Part shown: piece after piece, positions 35,451 to 44,490 of the stretch
How positions within the stretch are numbered: the stretch's first letter is position 1
Layout: each line of letters starts with the position of its first letter
Assembly (NCBI GenBank): GCA_963783365.1
Contig: CAWANI010000002.1
Span: 42,778 to 106,777, forward strand
Direction of reading: 5' to 3'
DNA: 64,000 nucleotides
Source of the DNA: an uncultured delta proteobacterium
Lineage (GTDB): Bacteria; Desulfobacterota; Desulfuromonadia; Desulfuromonadales; CAWANI01
Notes under the pieces: generated by a model
What the model saw: the letters and a program-made list of their open reading frames with translations, nothing else
Told to the model about the DNA's origin: nothing
Database searches by the model: none
Program-made: the position numbers and the translations under genes

Positions 35451-35487
35451 AAAAAAAAGGATTCTTGAACAGTTGCTCAAGAATCCT
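35451..35487 (-). terminator. 11-bp perfect palindrome plus U8: terminator of the upstream small gene and/or TetR operator
   Basis: Arms aggattcttga (35458-35468) and tcaagaatcct (35477-35487), 8-nt loop. A8 on the + strand gives U8 after the stem on the - strand. It lies about 80 nt upstream of the tetR ATG. Confidence 0.55.
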
Positions 35488-35582
35488 AAACGATCGCTCA
35501 AGGGGAAGTCAAGGGATTAATCGAAGGGGGAGCGGACGCGGTCCCTTCCGTAGAATTCCGGGCAGTTAGGTCGGAGTTTTTC

Positions 35583-35813
35583 TTATTCGGGGGTGGCCGG
35601 CGCCGTGCCGAACATCGTGGCGAATTGCAGCAACTGCTGCAGATCGACACCACTTTCCTTGAGGATGCCGAGCATGACGGGAAAGAGCTGCATCAAGAAG
35701 GACGGATCCTGCATGGCGTCCTTGGTCAGGGGAGGAAGGGTTTCGAGAATGAAGCTCTTTTTTTCCTCGGGATCAAGGGCCAGGACGGCTGTTTTCAGTT
35801 CCTCAACGCTCAT
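35583..35813 (-). CDS. hypothetical protein (76 aa)
   Basis: ORF MSVEELKTAVLALDPEEKKSF... behind the RBS GGAG. No family recognised. Confidence 0.4.
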   Translation of the reverse strand: MSVEELKTAVLALDPEEKKSFILETLPPLTKDAMQDPSFLMQLFPVMLGILKESGVDLQQLLQFATMFGTAPATPE

Positions 35814-35831
35814 AAATGCTCCAAATACTCC

Positions 35832-35938
35832 AGGTTAAAGGTTAAATGTTAAAGGTTAAAGGTTGAATGTTGAATGTTGAAGTTGGAAGGTTGAAGGTTG
35901 AAGGTTGAAGGTTGAAGGTTGAAGGTTCGAAGGTTCGA
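35832..35938. repeat. heptanucleotide tandem repeat, 15 units (AGGTTAA/ATGTTGA/AGGTTGA; last two are 8-mers AGGTTCGA)
   Basis: Units counted one by one, including five consecutive perfect AGGTTGA copies at 35888-35922. Confidence 0.9.
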
Positions 35939-35992
35939 GGCCCAGGGGTTGGATTTTCCAGGGCTTCTGGCCTAGGGCCTCGTCCCTCCTCC

Positions 35993-38407
35993 TTAATCGC
36001 CGAAGGCGACCTGGTAAACATCGTCGTAGGTTCGGGCGAATCGCACGGTGAGGCCTTCACGCAGGTAGTCGGGAAGGTCCTCGAAGTCCTTGCGGTTTTC
36101 CTCCGGAAAGATGAGAGTTTTGAGTCCCGCGCGGCGGGCGGCGATGGTCTTTTCCTTGACGCCGCCGATCGGCAGCACCCGGCCGGTCAGGGTCAGCTCG
36201 CCGGTCATGCCAAGCTTGTCGAGCACCGGTTTTCCAGTAATCATCGACAGCAGAGCGCTGGTCATGGTGACGCCGGCCGAGGGGCCGTCCTTGGGGGTGG
36301 CGCCAGCGGGGACGTGAAGATGGACGAAATGGGTATCGAAGAAGTCCTCCGGGGCCCCGTATTTTATCAGGTGGGCCATGACGTAGGAATAGGCAATTTC
36401 CGAGCTCTCCACCATCACGTTGCCCAGTTGGCCGGTCTGCTTGAACCCCTTGTTCTTGCTCGGCATGGCGGTCGCCTCGATCTGCAGGGTGGCGCCGCCC
36501 ATGCTGGTCCAGGCCAGACCCGTGACCACCCCGGGGACCCTTTCGAAGACCTCTTCCTTGGTGAAGACCGGTTTGCCGAGGTATTTTTCCAGATCCCGCT
36601 TGTGAATGACGATTTTCTCCGTCCGGCCGTTGGCGAACTCCAGGGCCGCCTTACGCATGATCTTTTTGATCCGGTTTTCCAGGCCGCGTACGCCTGCTTC
36701 CCGGGCATAGGCGTCGATGATCGCCTCCAGGGCATCTTTGCGGATCGTGATCCGGTTTTTTTGCAACCCGTGGTTTTTCAACGCCTTGGGAATGAGGTAG
36801 CGTCGGGCGATTTCGACCTTTTCCTCCAGAATATAGCCCGACAGGCGGATCACTTCCGTGCGGTCGAGCAGGGGCGCGGGGATGGTGTCGAGCTGGTTGG
36901 CGGTGGCGATGAACAGCACGTTGGAGAGATCGAAGGGGACGTCCAGGTAGTGATCCCGGAAGGTGCCGTTCTGCTCTGGGTCGAGGACCTCGAGCAGGGC
37001 CGAGGCCGGATCGCCCTGGAAGGAGGCGCCGATTTTGTCGATTTCGTCGAGCATCAGCACCGGGTTGGCTGTTGCGGCGCTCTTCATGGCCTGGATGAAC
37101 TTGCCGGGCATGGCGCCGATGTAGGTACGTCGGTGCCCCTTGATTTCGGCTTCGTCTCGCATCCCGCCCAGGGAAAAGCGGTAAAAGGCGCGTCCCAGCG
37201 CCCGGGCAATGCTCCGCCCGACGGAGGTCTTGCCCACCCCGGGCGGACCGACCAGGCAGAGGATCGATCCGGAGATGTCCCCCTTCATCTTGCCAACGGC
37301 GATGAACTCCAGAATCCGCTCCTTGACATCCGGCAGCCCGAAATGGTCCCGGTCAAGCACCCGGCGGGCCTTTTCCAGATCATAGGAGTCGCGGCTGAAT
37401 TTACCCCAGGGCAGGACGGTCAGCCAGTCGAGATAGTTGCGGGTGACGGTGTATTCGGGGGAGGCGGGCTCGAGCAGTTTGAGCTTTTCCAGCTCCTCGT
37501 CAACCGTGCGCTGAGTCTCGATGGGGAGCTTCAGGCCCTTGAGGCGTCCCTGAAATTTTTCAACCTCGGCGGTCTTCCCCTCCTTCTCCAGCCCGAGTTC
37601 CTTTTTGATCGCCTTGAGCTGCTCCTTGAGAAAGAACTCCCTCTGCTGGGCGGAGACCTTCTCTTCAATCTGTTTGGAGATTTTGGTCTGCAGCCGGGAA
37701 ACCTCCAGCTCTTTTTTCAGGATCACCAGCACCCGGTCGATGCGCCGGCGCACGTCGAAGGTTTCGAGGATCTGCTGCAGTTGCTGGCCGTCGGCGGAAC
37801 TCAGGTTGGCGGCGAAATCGGCCAGGCGCCCCGGGTCATCCATGCTGGAGCGATTGAGAAAGAGCTTGATCTCCTCCGAATAGAGGGGGTTGATCTGCAC
37901 CAGTTCCTTCAGGGCCGAGATGATCGCCATGGAGTAGGCCTTGAGTTCGGGGTTGACCGAGAGTTCGGCCCCGAAACGGTACCTGACCCGGGCAAAGAGG
38001 CCCTTTTTGCCCGCGGTCCATTCCTCGACGGAAAAGCGCTCCAGGCAGTTGAACAGAATATGGGTGCTTTCCTCATCCTCATGGAGCACCTTCAGGATTT
38101 TACCGGCCACTCCGACCTGATGCAGGTTTTCGGGGATGTCTTTGCCCTCGAGATCTCTGACCAGGATCAGTCCCAGGGCCTGGGACTGGGTATCCATTGC
38201 CTGCTTGACGGCGGCGATTTTCTCGGCGTCACTGATGGCCAGGGGAATGAGAAGCCCCGGAAAGGCAGGCCGGGGGCGAAGGGGAATGATCGGCAGGGCG
38301 GGCGGAAGAAGCTCCGAAGCAAGCACCAGGCTTCCCGCCTCCTCGCGATGGCCGCCGTTTTCAGAGTTGATTTCCGCATCGAGGATGTCGCCGGGATGTT
38401 CAGTCAT
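35993..38407 (-). CDS. lon: ATP-dependent Lon protease
   Basis: Walker A GPPGVGKTS, the Lon N-domain, and the protease-domain motif PKDGPSAGVTM. Start at Met25 of ORF 35993..38479 behind AAGGAG. Confidence 0.95.
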   Translation of the reverse strand: MTEHPGDILDAEINSENGGHREEAGSLVLASELLPPALPIIPLRPRPAFPGLLIPLAISDAEKIAAVKQAMDTQSQALGLILVRDLEGKDIPENLHQVGVAGKILKVLHEDEESTHILFNCLERFSVEEWTAGKKGLFARVRYRFGAELSVNPELKAYSMAIISALKELVQINPLYSEEIKLFLNRSSMDDPGRLADFAANLSSADGQQLQQILETFDVRRRIDRVLVILKKELEVSRLQTKISKQIEEKVSAQQREFFLKEQLKAIKKELGLEKEGKTAEVEKFQGRLKGLKLPIETQRTVDEELEKLKLLEPASPEYTVTRNYLDWLTVLPWGKFSRDSYDLEKARRVLDRDHFGLPDVKERILEFIAVGKMKGDISGSILCLVGPPGVGKTSVGRSIARALGRAFYRFSLGGMRDEAEIKGHRRTYIGAMPGKFIQAMKSAATANPVLMLDEIDKIGASFQGDPASALLEVLDPEQNGTFRDHYLDVPFDLSNVLFIATANQLDTIPAPLLDRTEVIRLSGYILEEKVEIARRYLIPKALKNHGLQKNRITIRKDALEAIIDAYAREAGVRGLENRIKKIMRKAALEFANGRTEKIVIHKRDLEKYLGKPVFTKEEVFERVPGVVTGLAWTSMGGATLQIEATAMPSKNKGFKQTGQLGNVMVESSEIAYSYVMAHLIKYGAPEDFFDTHFVHLHVPAGATPKDGPSAGVTMTSALLSMITGKPVLDKLGMTGELTLTGRVLPIGGVKEKTIAARRAGLKTLIFPEENRKDFEDLPDYLREGLTVRFARTYDDVYQVAFGD

Positions 38408-38450
38408 AAAGCAACGCTCCTTGGAGTGAACGTAGTTCGAGTGTCCCCGA

Positions 38451-38479
38451 AAGCTAATCATTCCAAGAGCGAATGTCAA
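38451..38479 (-). promoter_or_regulatory. sigma70-like promoter for lon
   Basis: On the - strand: TTGACA, 17-nt spacer, TAGCTT, about 45 nt upstream of the lon ATG. Confidence 0.4.
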
Positions 38480-38524
38480 CCTCTGCCGATGGTGCCGAAA
38501 GGGAAGAAAGTGCCGGGGTAAGGA

Positions 38525-39535
38525 TCAAAAGACGGTTCGCAAGGCCAGATGAAAAACGACGTCCGGAGCGGTTTTCACCACGATATCCTCGGAAACCCCA
38601 AGGTCCAGAGAGGTGTTCCGGGTAAACCCCAGGGTGCCCCCGATGGTGAGCTGGACCGACCCGTCGTCGAGTTCGCGCAGGCGGCTGTCCCGGTAGAAGG
38701 GGGTGTGGCCATCGAACTGCAGCTTGAAGGCCAGCCAGTCGAGGGGGCTCCAGCCGGCTCCCAGGGTCCCGAACTCGACCACGGAGCGCTGCTGGTCGGG
38801 AAGCACATCCCCTCTGGTCATGAGCATCACCCCGAGGGCGCCGTAGGCGGCCAGCTGCCCGTGGGCCGTCTGGGTGGCGTCGCCCCCCGTCAGCCACACA
38901 GCCAGATCGGTGCTGCCGCTGCCGAGCAAGTGATCGCTGTCGCCGGTGGGCAGCTTGAGACTGGCGCGCAGAGCCACGGCGCGCTGCGGCCGGTCGACCG
39001 GCCGATAGAGCTGCCAGCCGCCGAAAAGCCGCACATCCCCCAGCCCCGATCCAGAATCGGTCAGATCGAGGGCCGTCTGGCCGTCTCTTGAGTAGCGATA
39101 GATCAGCCGGTCCCGGGGATACTGGGTGCGGTTGCCCTGGGGCAGGCCGAAGAAGTCGTGCCAGTCCTCGATGAAGTGATCGAGAAAGCCCCCCTGCTGG
39201 GAGACGTAGGGCACCTCGATGCCGATCTCAAACCGATCCGGCAGCCCGGTGCGAAGATCGAGGTTGAAGCGATGGGTTTCACCGTCGAGGAAGATGGCCT
39301 CGCGAGAAGTATCGTCGATGGCGAAGTTGTTGGCGAGATCCGCCGAGATGAGGGCCTCGGTGCGGCCGAAGGGCATCACTTTCGGATCCCCGGCCGGCGG
39401 GAGGCCGTAAATCGCGATCACGGGGCTCTGATTGCGGGTATGGAAAGGAACGATATCGACGGCCGAGGCGGGGCTTGGGCGGAGAAAAACTCCGAGTGAC
39501 AGGGCCGCCAGCAGGAGAACGCAGGATCGTTTCAT
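38525..39535 (-). CDS. putative outer-membrane protein (DUF3187-like)
   Basis: Signal peptide MKRSCVLLLAALSLGVFLRPSPASA, then beta-rich sequence ending in F. It resembles DUF3187 by recall only. Start at Met38 of ORF 38525..39646. Confidence 0.55.
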   Translation of the reverse strand: MKRSCVLLLAALSLGVFLRPSPASAVDIVPFHTRNQSPVIAIYGLPPAGDPKVMPFGRTEALISADLANNFAIDDTSREAIFLDGETHRFNLDLRTGLPDRFEIGIEVPYVSQQGGFLDHFIEDWHDFFGLPQGNRTQYPRDRLIYRYSRDGQTALDLTDSGSGLGDVRLFGGWQLYRPVDRPQRAVALRASLKLPTGDSDHLLGSGSTDLAVWLTGGDATQTAHGQLAAYGALGVMLMTRGDVLPDQQRSVVEFGTLGAGWSPLDWLAFKLQFDGHTPFYRDSRLRELDDGSVQLTIGGTLGFTRNTSLDLGVSEDIVVKTAPDVVFHLALRTVF

Positions 39536-39703
39536 GGCAACTCGCAAAGAAAGGAGGGACGCCTCTGCCCGCGAAGCCGCCGCGAGCGTCCGTAACCGAT
39601 TTTCAATCGACGTGCCGGTGCAGCAATGCGCTGCAAAGTTTATCATTTTCTCCGGCCTGTGACGGTCGGCGGATAAAAAAAACCGAAAAATACGATCGCT
39701 CGG

Positions 39704-40603
39704 TCAGTGAATTGCGGGCCGAGCGAGGGAGCCCGCTATCCGGAGGTGGTAGGCGCCGTCGCGGGCCGGCTTGGTCACCAGATTGAGAAGTCCCGTCAGG
39801 TTCTTGTCGAGGTTGCGGCCGGGGCGCAGCACGACGTTGAGATTGAGCCGGCTGCGGTCCAGGGGAGTGACCACCAGCACGGTCCCCCCCCCGGTGATTT
39901 CCAGGTTGCCGCCGGTTGCTTTGAAGGTCTCGATCCGAAAGGAGTTTCCCCGCCCCTCGCCCACCAGGGAGATGGTCCCCAGATCCAGTTTCCCGCCGGC
40001 GATGCCGAACGCTTTCAGGCCGGTCAGGCGGACATTGTGCAGGGACAGATTCAGGTGAGTGGCGGTCTGGGCGCGAAGCGGCAGAGCTCCCGAATAGCTT
40101 CCTTGCCGCAGAACCCCTGCGAGCTCAAGGCCGGATTTGGCCAGCAGAGGTTCGTTGAAGGAGATCCGGTTCAGCTGGGCCGCGATGGCGCCGTCGTGGC
40201 GTACCGTTCCCTCCAGGGTTCCCCCGAAGAGGCGGGCCTGTAGAGCCAGCCCCGGGTTGCCGCTGAAGAGGGTGGTCCAGAGCGGTTTCACCACCAGGTC
40301 TGAGACGGCGACCGATTTCAGCTGGGGGTTCCCGGTCTTTACCGTAATTCCGCTGCCCTGCAGGCCGGGCGGGAAAAGCAGGGCCATCTGTTCGATGGTC
40401 AGTTCGGCCGGGGTGCGTGCGGCGACCTCCTTCTCAATGCGCCCCCTCAGGGCGTTGGCGGGAAAAAAGAGGTAGAAGCTGATAAAGAAAGAGACCAGCA
40501 GCAGGGCCAGACCGATGAGGGTGACTTTGATCCTGGCGCCGCTAGGCTTGGTTGCGGTCTGAAGCATACGTCCCCGGATGCGGGGAAGTCGAGGCAGTCT
40601 CAT
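39704..40603 (-). CDS. gspN: type II secretion system protein GspN
   Basis: 299-aa ORF with a single N-terminal TM segment. It is the last gene of the gsp cluster, with an ATGA overlap onto gspM. It looks like Geobacter/Leptospira-type GspN. Confidence 0.65.
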   Translation of the reverse strand: MRLPRLPRIRGRMLQTATKPSGARIKVTLIGLALLLVSFFISFYLFFPANALRGRIEKEVAARTPAELTIEQMALLFPPGLQGSGITVKTGNPQLKSVAVSDLVVKPLWTTLFSGNPGLALQARLFGGTLEGTVRHDGAIAAQLNRISFNEPLLAKSGLELAGVLRQGSYSGALPLRAQTATHLNLSLHNVRLTGLKAFGIAGGKLDLGTISLVGEGRGNSFRIETFKATGGNLEITGGGTVLVVTPLDRSRLNLNVVLRPGRNLDKNLTGLLNLVTKPARDGAYHLRIAGSLARPAIH

Positions 40604-41127
40604 GTGCTTTTCCCAAAAGAAGAAATCGTCAGAACGGCGTCGATCAGGGAGTGGTCGTCAAACCGCCTCTTGATCCGGGCATTTTTAACCTTCAGATACG
40701 CCTTGGCCGAATCGATGGCGTAGAGCATGCGGACCAGTTGGTCGAGGCGGATTTTTTCCACCTTGATTTCAACCGAATTTTCCTTGAAGCCGCCCTGCAC
40801 CGAAACGGGCTGGGGGCGCATGTAAACCAGGTTCTCCTTGGTGGCGACCTGAGTGATCAGGTTCTCGACGAACGAAAAGAGCGAAAAGCCCGCGCCGGCG
40901 GTCAGTTGGCTGTTGGCTTCGTTCAGTTGGCGCTGCAGAACCAGATATTCGTTCCGCAGGAGCTGAACCTTTTGAACTTGTCGTTCGCGGGCGGCGATCT
41001 TGGTATCGAGCCGATCAAGGGCCTGCTGGTAGGGAGCGATGACCGCCACCCACAAGAGAGTCGCCAGCACCGCCACCGCCCCGATCGCCAGGACAATGCG
41101 TTCGCGCTGACTCAGGTTCGAAATCAT
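40600..41127 (-). CDS. gspM: type II secretion system protein GspM
   Basis: 175 aa, with an N-terminal TM segment plus a coiled region. It lies between gspL and gspN, with 4-nt overlaps on both sides. Confidence 0.7.
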   Translation of the reverse strand: MISNLSQRERIVLAIGAVAVLATLLWVAVIAPYQQALDRLDTKIAARERQVQKVQLLRNEYLVLQRQLNEANSQLTAGAGFSLFSFVENLITQVATKENLVYMRPQPVSVQGGFKENSVEIKVEKIRLDQLVRMLYAIDSAKAYLKVKNARIKRRFDDHSLIDAVLTISSFGKST

Positions 41128-42524
41128 GGCGTTTCCTTTTCTCCGCTGAAGGTGAGGTTCAGGTGAAAGTCGACCTTGCTGCCGTCGATGTTCATCTTCG
41201 CGTCGGTGATCTGCGCGTCTTTAAACACGGGGGAATTTTCCAGGCTTTTAGCGACCTTGTTGATGGCGTCAAAAGAGGTCGTGACCCCGTCGAGCCGGAC
41301 TCCGTCCGGACCGAAGGTGAATTCCTGTATATCGACGGTGATGTCTTTGGGGGTATTTTCCGAGATTTCCCGCAACACGGTCAGTGGCGATCCCTGGGCG
41401 CCGGCACCGATCAGGAGGCTGTGTTTCTTCATTTCTTTAATCTTGCCGTCCATCTGCAACGGGATATCGACAATCGCATGAGTATCGGGAAGGGTCTTTT
41501 TAAAGATCTGGACCATCTCTGCCCGCAGGGCCTCGGCGCGGTGGGCCTGGTGAGCGTATTTGATGTAGGCCGATCCAGCCAGGGAGACCCCGGAGAGGAC
41601 CAGCAATATGGCCGCTGCGATCAGGCCTCTTTTCAGTGCCGCCCATTCGCTACGCAGCGCAAAGGGGCCTCGCCGGAAATTGAATCCCGCTTCCTTATCG
41701 GCGCCCGCCCGCATGGCCAGGGCGACGGCGGGCAGGAATTCCGGCGCGACGGGCGTGTCCTCGAGGTGAAAAGCGGGTCGTTCGACCTTTCGGCCCTGCT
41801 GCTCCAGGGCGCTGAATAGTTCCGGAGTGGCGCCGGATCCGATCAGGAAAAGCGGCAGTTCGCTACGGCCGGCGGCTTTCTGCAGGATCTCGTTCTCCCG
41901 CAGAACGAATCGGAGGATTTCCTCCGGCGTCCGTTGCCGCCCGCCGGGCAGAAACCGGTAATCGGCCAGCCGCCCTTCGCAGATCAACGAAAGGGTAATC
42001 TCTTCTTCGCCAAGGCTGGCGAGGACCCCGTCGGTCAGATGGTCTTTGAGTCCGTCGACAAAGGCGAAAGGGGCCAGGTCGAGGGTCTGCAGGGGGATCG
42101 CCCCCTGGTCGAAGGGGGCGAGATACTCCTGCAGGGTTTCCGTACGGACGGCGGCAGCGGTGACCCGGAAACTGTTCTCGCCATCGGGAATCGGCTTTTG
42201 AAAGGAGGTGAGACAGGTCTCCACCGCAATCGGCAGCTGGGTCGAGAGCTCGAAATCGAGAGCCGCCTCGACCTTCTTGGGGTCGGCAAAGGGAAAGCTG
42301 AGGCGCCGGACGAAACTTTCGCCCGCCGGCAGGGCGGCGGCCAAACGGTCGCCGAAGTGCCGTTCTCCGGCGAGCAGCTCTTCGAGTGCCGGGAGGAATT
42401 CCTCGGGAGCGCCATAGGTCTTTTCCCCCAGGGAAACCAGCTTCGCGACGCCCTTTTCCTCATGGGCGACGGCGACCCGAATTCGGGAACGGTCGATATC
42501 GATGCCGATGAGTCGTTTTCTCAT
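41124..42524 (-). CDS. gspL: type II secretion system protein GspL (actin-like cytoplasmic domain, TM, periplasmic domain)
   Basis: 466 aa with a PilM/GspL-like N-terminus (RLIGIDIDRSRIRVAV) and a mid-protein TM segment. Its position follows gspK. Confidence 0.75.
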   Translation of the reverse strand: MRKRLIGIDIDRSRIRVAVAHEEKGVAKLVSLGEKTYGAPEEFLPALEELLAGERHFGDRLAAALPAGESFVRRLSFPFADPKKVEAALDFELSTQLPIAVETCLTSFQKPIPDGENSFRVTAAAVRTETLQEYLAPFDQGAIPLQTLDLAPFAFVDGLKDHLTDGVLASLGEEEITLSLICEGRLADYRFLPGGRQRTPEEILRFVLRENEILQKAAGRSELPLFLIGSGATPELFSALEQQGRKVERPAFHLEDTPVAPEFLPAVALAMRAGADKEAGFNFRRGPFALRSEWAALKRGLIAAAILLVLSGVSLAGSAYIKYAHQAHRAEALRAEMVQIFKKTLPDTHAIVDIPLQMDGKIKEMKKHSLLIGAGAQGSPLTVLREISENTPKDITVDIQEFTFGPDGVRLDGVTTSFDAINKVAKSLENSPVFKDAQITDAKMNIDGSKVDFHLNLTFSGEKETP

Positions 42525-42528
42525 ATTC

Positions 42529-43497
42529 TCAGTAGACCTTCTGGTAGAGGATTTGCTTCTTGTCCCGGTTGACGGCCGCTTCCACCGTCCGGGCTCCGTC
42601 GTTGACCTCGGCCCGGGAGTGGATCAGGAAATCGGAGCTGGTCACACCCAGGTAGCCCTGGGTGGCCAGGCTGGCCAGCGGGATATAGATCTGGCTCAGG
42701 CCGGAGACGTTCTGCAGATCGGAGATCTTGGTGATCGGTGCACCGTTTCGCTGCTCGATGATGTTTTCGGCGGCCGAGCGGTCGATGACCGGGTCTTTTG
42801 ACAGGGACATGATCACCTCGGCGGGCGCGGTATTGATGTTGATTTTCTTGCTCCCGTGGACCGTGAGAAAGGGCTCGATCAGTTTGACGATTTTGGGGGT
42901 AAAGCCCTTGACCATCGCCAGTTCGGCGAGACTGTCCAGGGGGGCGTTTTTGCAGTGGTACGGTTTTGCCAGGCCCATGTAGTAGTTGTCCTCGGCCCCG
43001 TCGGCCTGAATATTGTAGACCGCGCCGTTCTTGTCGATCCAGTCGATCAGGGCGGCGACCAGGTCTTTCGGGGCGTCGAGACCCATGATCTGGAAAAACT
43101 GCACGAAGCGATCGACCACCACCGCGTCGGGCTGGTCGTTGGTCTGGACCAGGCTGTTGACGTCCAGCTTGCCGTCGAGATCTTCGATCTGCACCGACAC
43201 AAATCCCCCGCCCACCGGGTAATTGGTGATCATGTTCTGGGCCCAGAATTCGTTCAGTGCGTCGTACGGCGGCGATTTCAGGCTGTCCTGGCGCTTGTCC
43301 TCCTGCAGCAGCATGCGGCCCGCCTGCAGCCCCCCCTTGGCGATGTAGTAGGCCCTGGTGCTGTCCCGGAACGTTTCCGTGAGGCGCATGTCCACCAGGG
43401 TGGAGAAAGCGAATTCGGTCAGTACCGAGGCGAGCAGGGCCACGATCATCAAGACCAGCAGCAGCACCATGCCTTTTTCCTGGCGCAGCGACGTCAT
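42529..43497 (-). CDS. gspK: type II secretion minor pseudopilin GspK
   Basis: Start MTSLRQEKGMVLLLVLMIVALLA, with an ATGA overlap onto gspJ. The helix-hairpin-helix-like C-terminal region is typical of GspK. Confidence 0.8.
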   Translation of the reverse strand: MTSLRQEKGMVLLLVLMIVALLASVLTEFAFSTLVDMRLTETFRDSTRAYYIAKGGLQAGRMLLQEDKRQDSLKSPPYDALNEFWAQNMITNYPVGGGFVSVQIEDLDGKLDVNSLVQTNDQPDAVVVDRFVQFFQIMGLDAPKDLVAALIDWIDKNGAVYNIQADGAEDNYYMGLAKPYHCKNAPLDSLAELAMVKGFTPKIVKLIEPFLTVHGSKKININTAPAEVIMSLSKDPVIDRSAAENIIEQRNGAPITKISDLQNVSGLSQIYIPLASLATQGYLGVTSSDFLIHSRAEVNDGARTVEAAVNRDKKQILYQKVY

Positions 43498-44093
43498 GAC
43501 TGGACCTTGGGGACCTCGAAGGAGGAGAGGAAGGGGACATCGACCCCGTCGATCTTGATCGTCAAGGTCAGTTCGACGATGTCGGGAATCCCCGTCTGCC
43601 ACTGATCATGCCAGGCGCCGTTGCCGTAAAAGCGCAGCTTCATGCCGTCGAGGTCGGTGGCCAGACGATATCCCGTGGCCTGATCCCGGTCGACCTCGAA
43701 AGATGAGGTCTCGGTGCGCATCAGGACCTTGCCGTTCGGCTTCTCCGGATCGTCGCGAAACTCATAGGTGACCACCGCAAGCCCCGCCGTGATCCCGCTT
43801 TGCGGGGTCGTCGCGGTGGTGGTCAGTTGCAGATAGGGGTTGCCCTGCTCATTCTCGCCACCGAGCAGCACGGTGTTCGGATTGTTCGGAATGAGGTAGG
43901 CGCCCCGGATCTCGCGGCCGATGCGGTCGAAGATGATCCGTGCCTGGTGGTAGCCGTCGCTGGCGGCTTCTACCCGATTTTTGGCTCTGCTGACCGAGGT
44001 GAAGGTGCCGTAGATGGTGAACAGCACCAGCGCGGTGATGGTCATCGCCACCACGATCTCGATCAGGGTGAATCCGCGATCGCGTTTGGTCAT
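43494..44093 (-). CDS. gspJ: type II secretion minor pseudopilin GspJ
   Basis: Prepilin-type N-terminus RGFTLIEIVVAMTI. Start at Met22 of ORF 43494..44156. Confidence 0.8.
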   Translation of the reverse strand: MTKRDRGFTLIEIVVAMTITALVLFTIYGTFTSVSRAKNRVEAASDGYHQARIIFDRIGREIRGAYLIPNNPNTVLLGGENEQGNPYLQLTTTATTPQSGITAGLAVVTYEFRDDPEKPNGKVLMRTETSSFEVDRDQATGYRLATDLDGMKLRFYGNGAWHDQWQTGIPDIVELTLTIKIDGVDVPFLSSFEVPKVQS

Positions 44094-44106
44094 AACGACG
44101 GGCCTG

Positions 44107-44490
44107 CTAGTCGGTGACGAAGGAGGTGATGTCGACTTTCTGATTGCGATCCTCATCTCCCCAGAGAACGGTCACGGTGACCTGCTTGATCGAGGGCAGG
44201 GGCGTGTCCGTGAAGGTGGTGCGCCACCGGAATCCGTCGAAGGGTTTGTCGAAAACGCCCTGCTCGTTGTCCATGCTCTTTCCGCCCGATTGGGAAAGAA
44301 CCTCGACTTCGGTCATCTTGTCCTGGGCGAGCAGGGTGGCGCGGGTAATTTTTTGCAGGCGACCGTTGACCCTGATGGAGCGATTGCCCAGCGACAGAAG
44401 CGTCACCAATGCGATGCTGACGATCGCCAGGGCGATCATGATCTCGAGCAGGGTGAACCCGTCTTTACGAAAAATCGCGGTAGCCTTCAT
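44107..44490 (-). CDS. gspI: type II secretion minor pseudopilin GspI
   Basis: 127 aa with the prepilin N-terminus DGFTLLEIMIALAIV. Confidence 0.8.
   Translation of the reverse strand: MKATAIFRKDGFTLLEIMIALAIVSIALVTLLSLGNRSIRVNGRLQKITRATLLAQDKMTEVEVLSQSGGKSMDNEQGVFDKPFDGFRWRTTFTDTPLPSIKQVTVTVLWGDEDRNQKVDITSFVTD

Noticed and set aside
35912-38521. 869-aa ORF antisense to lon
   Set aside because: The composition (Gly/Asp/Val/Arg-rich, no motifs) is typical of antisense frames in GC-rich genes. The opposite strand is an unmistakable Lon protease.
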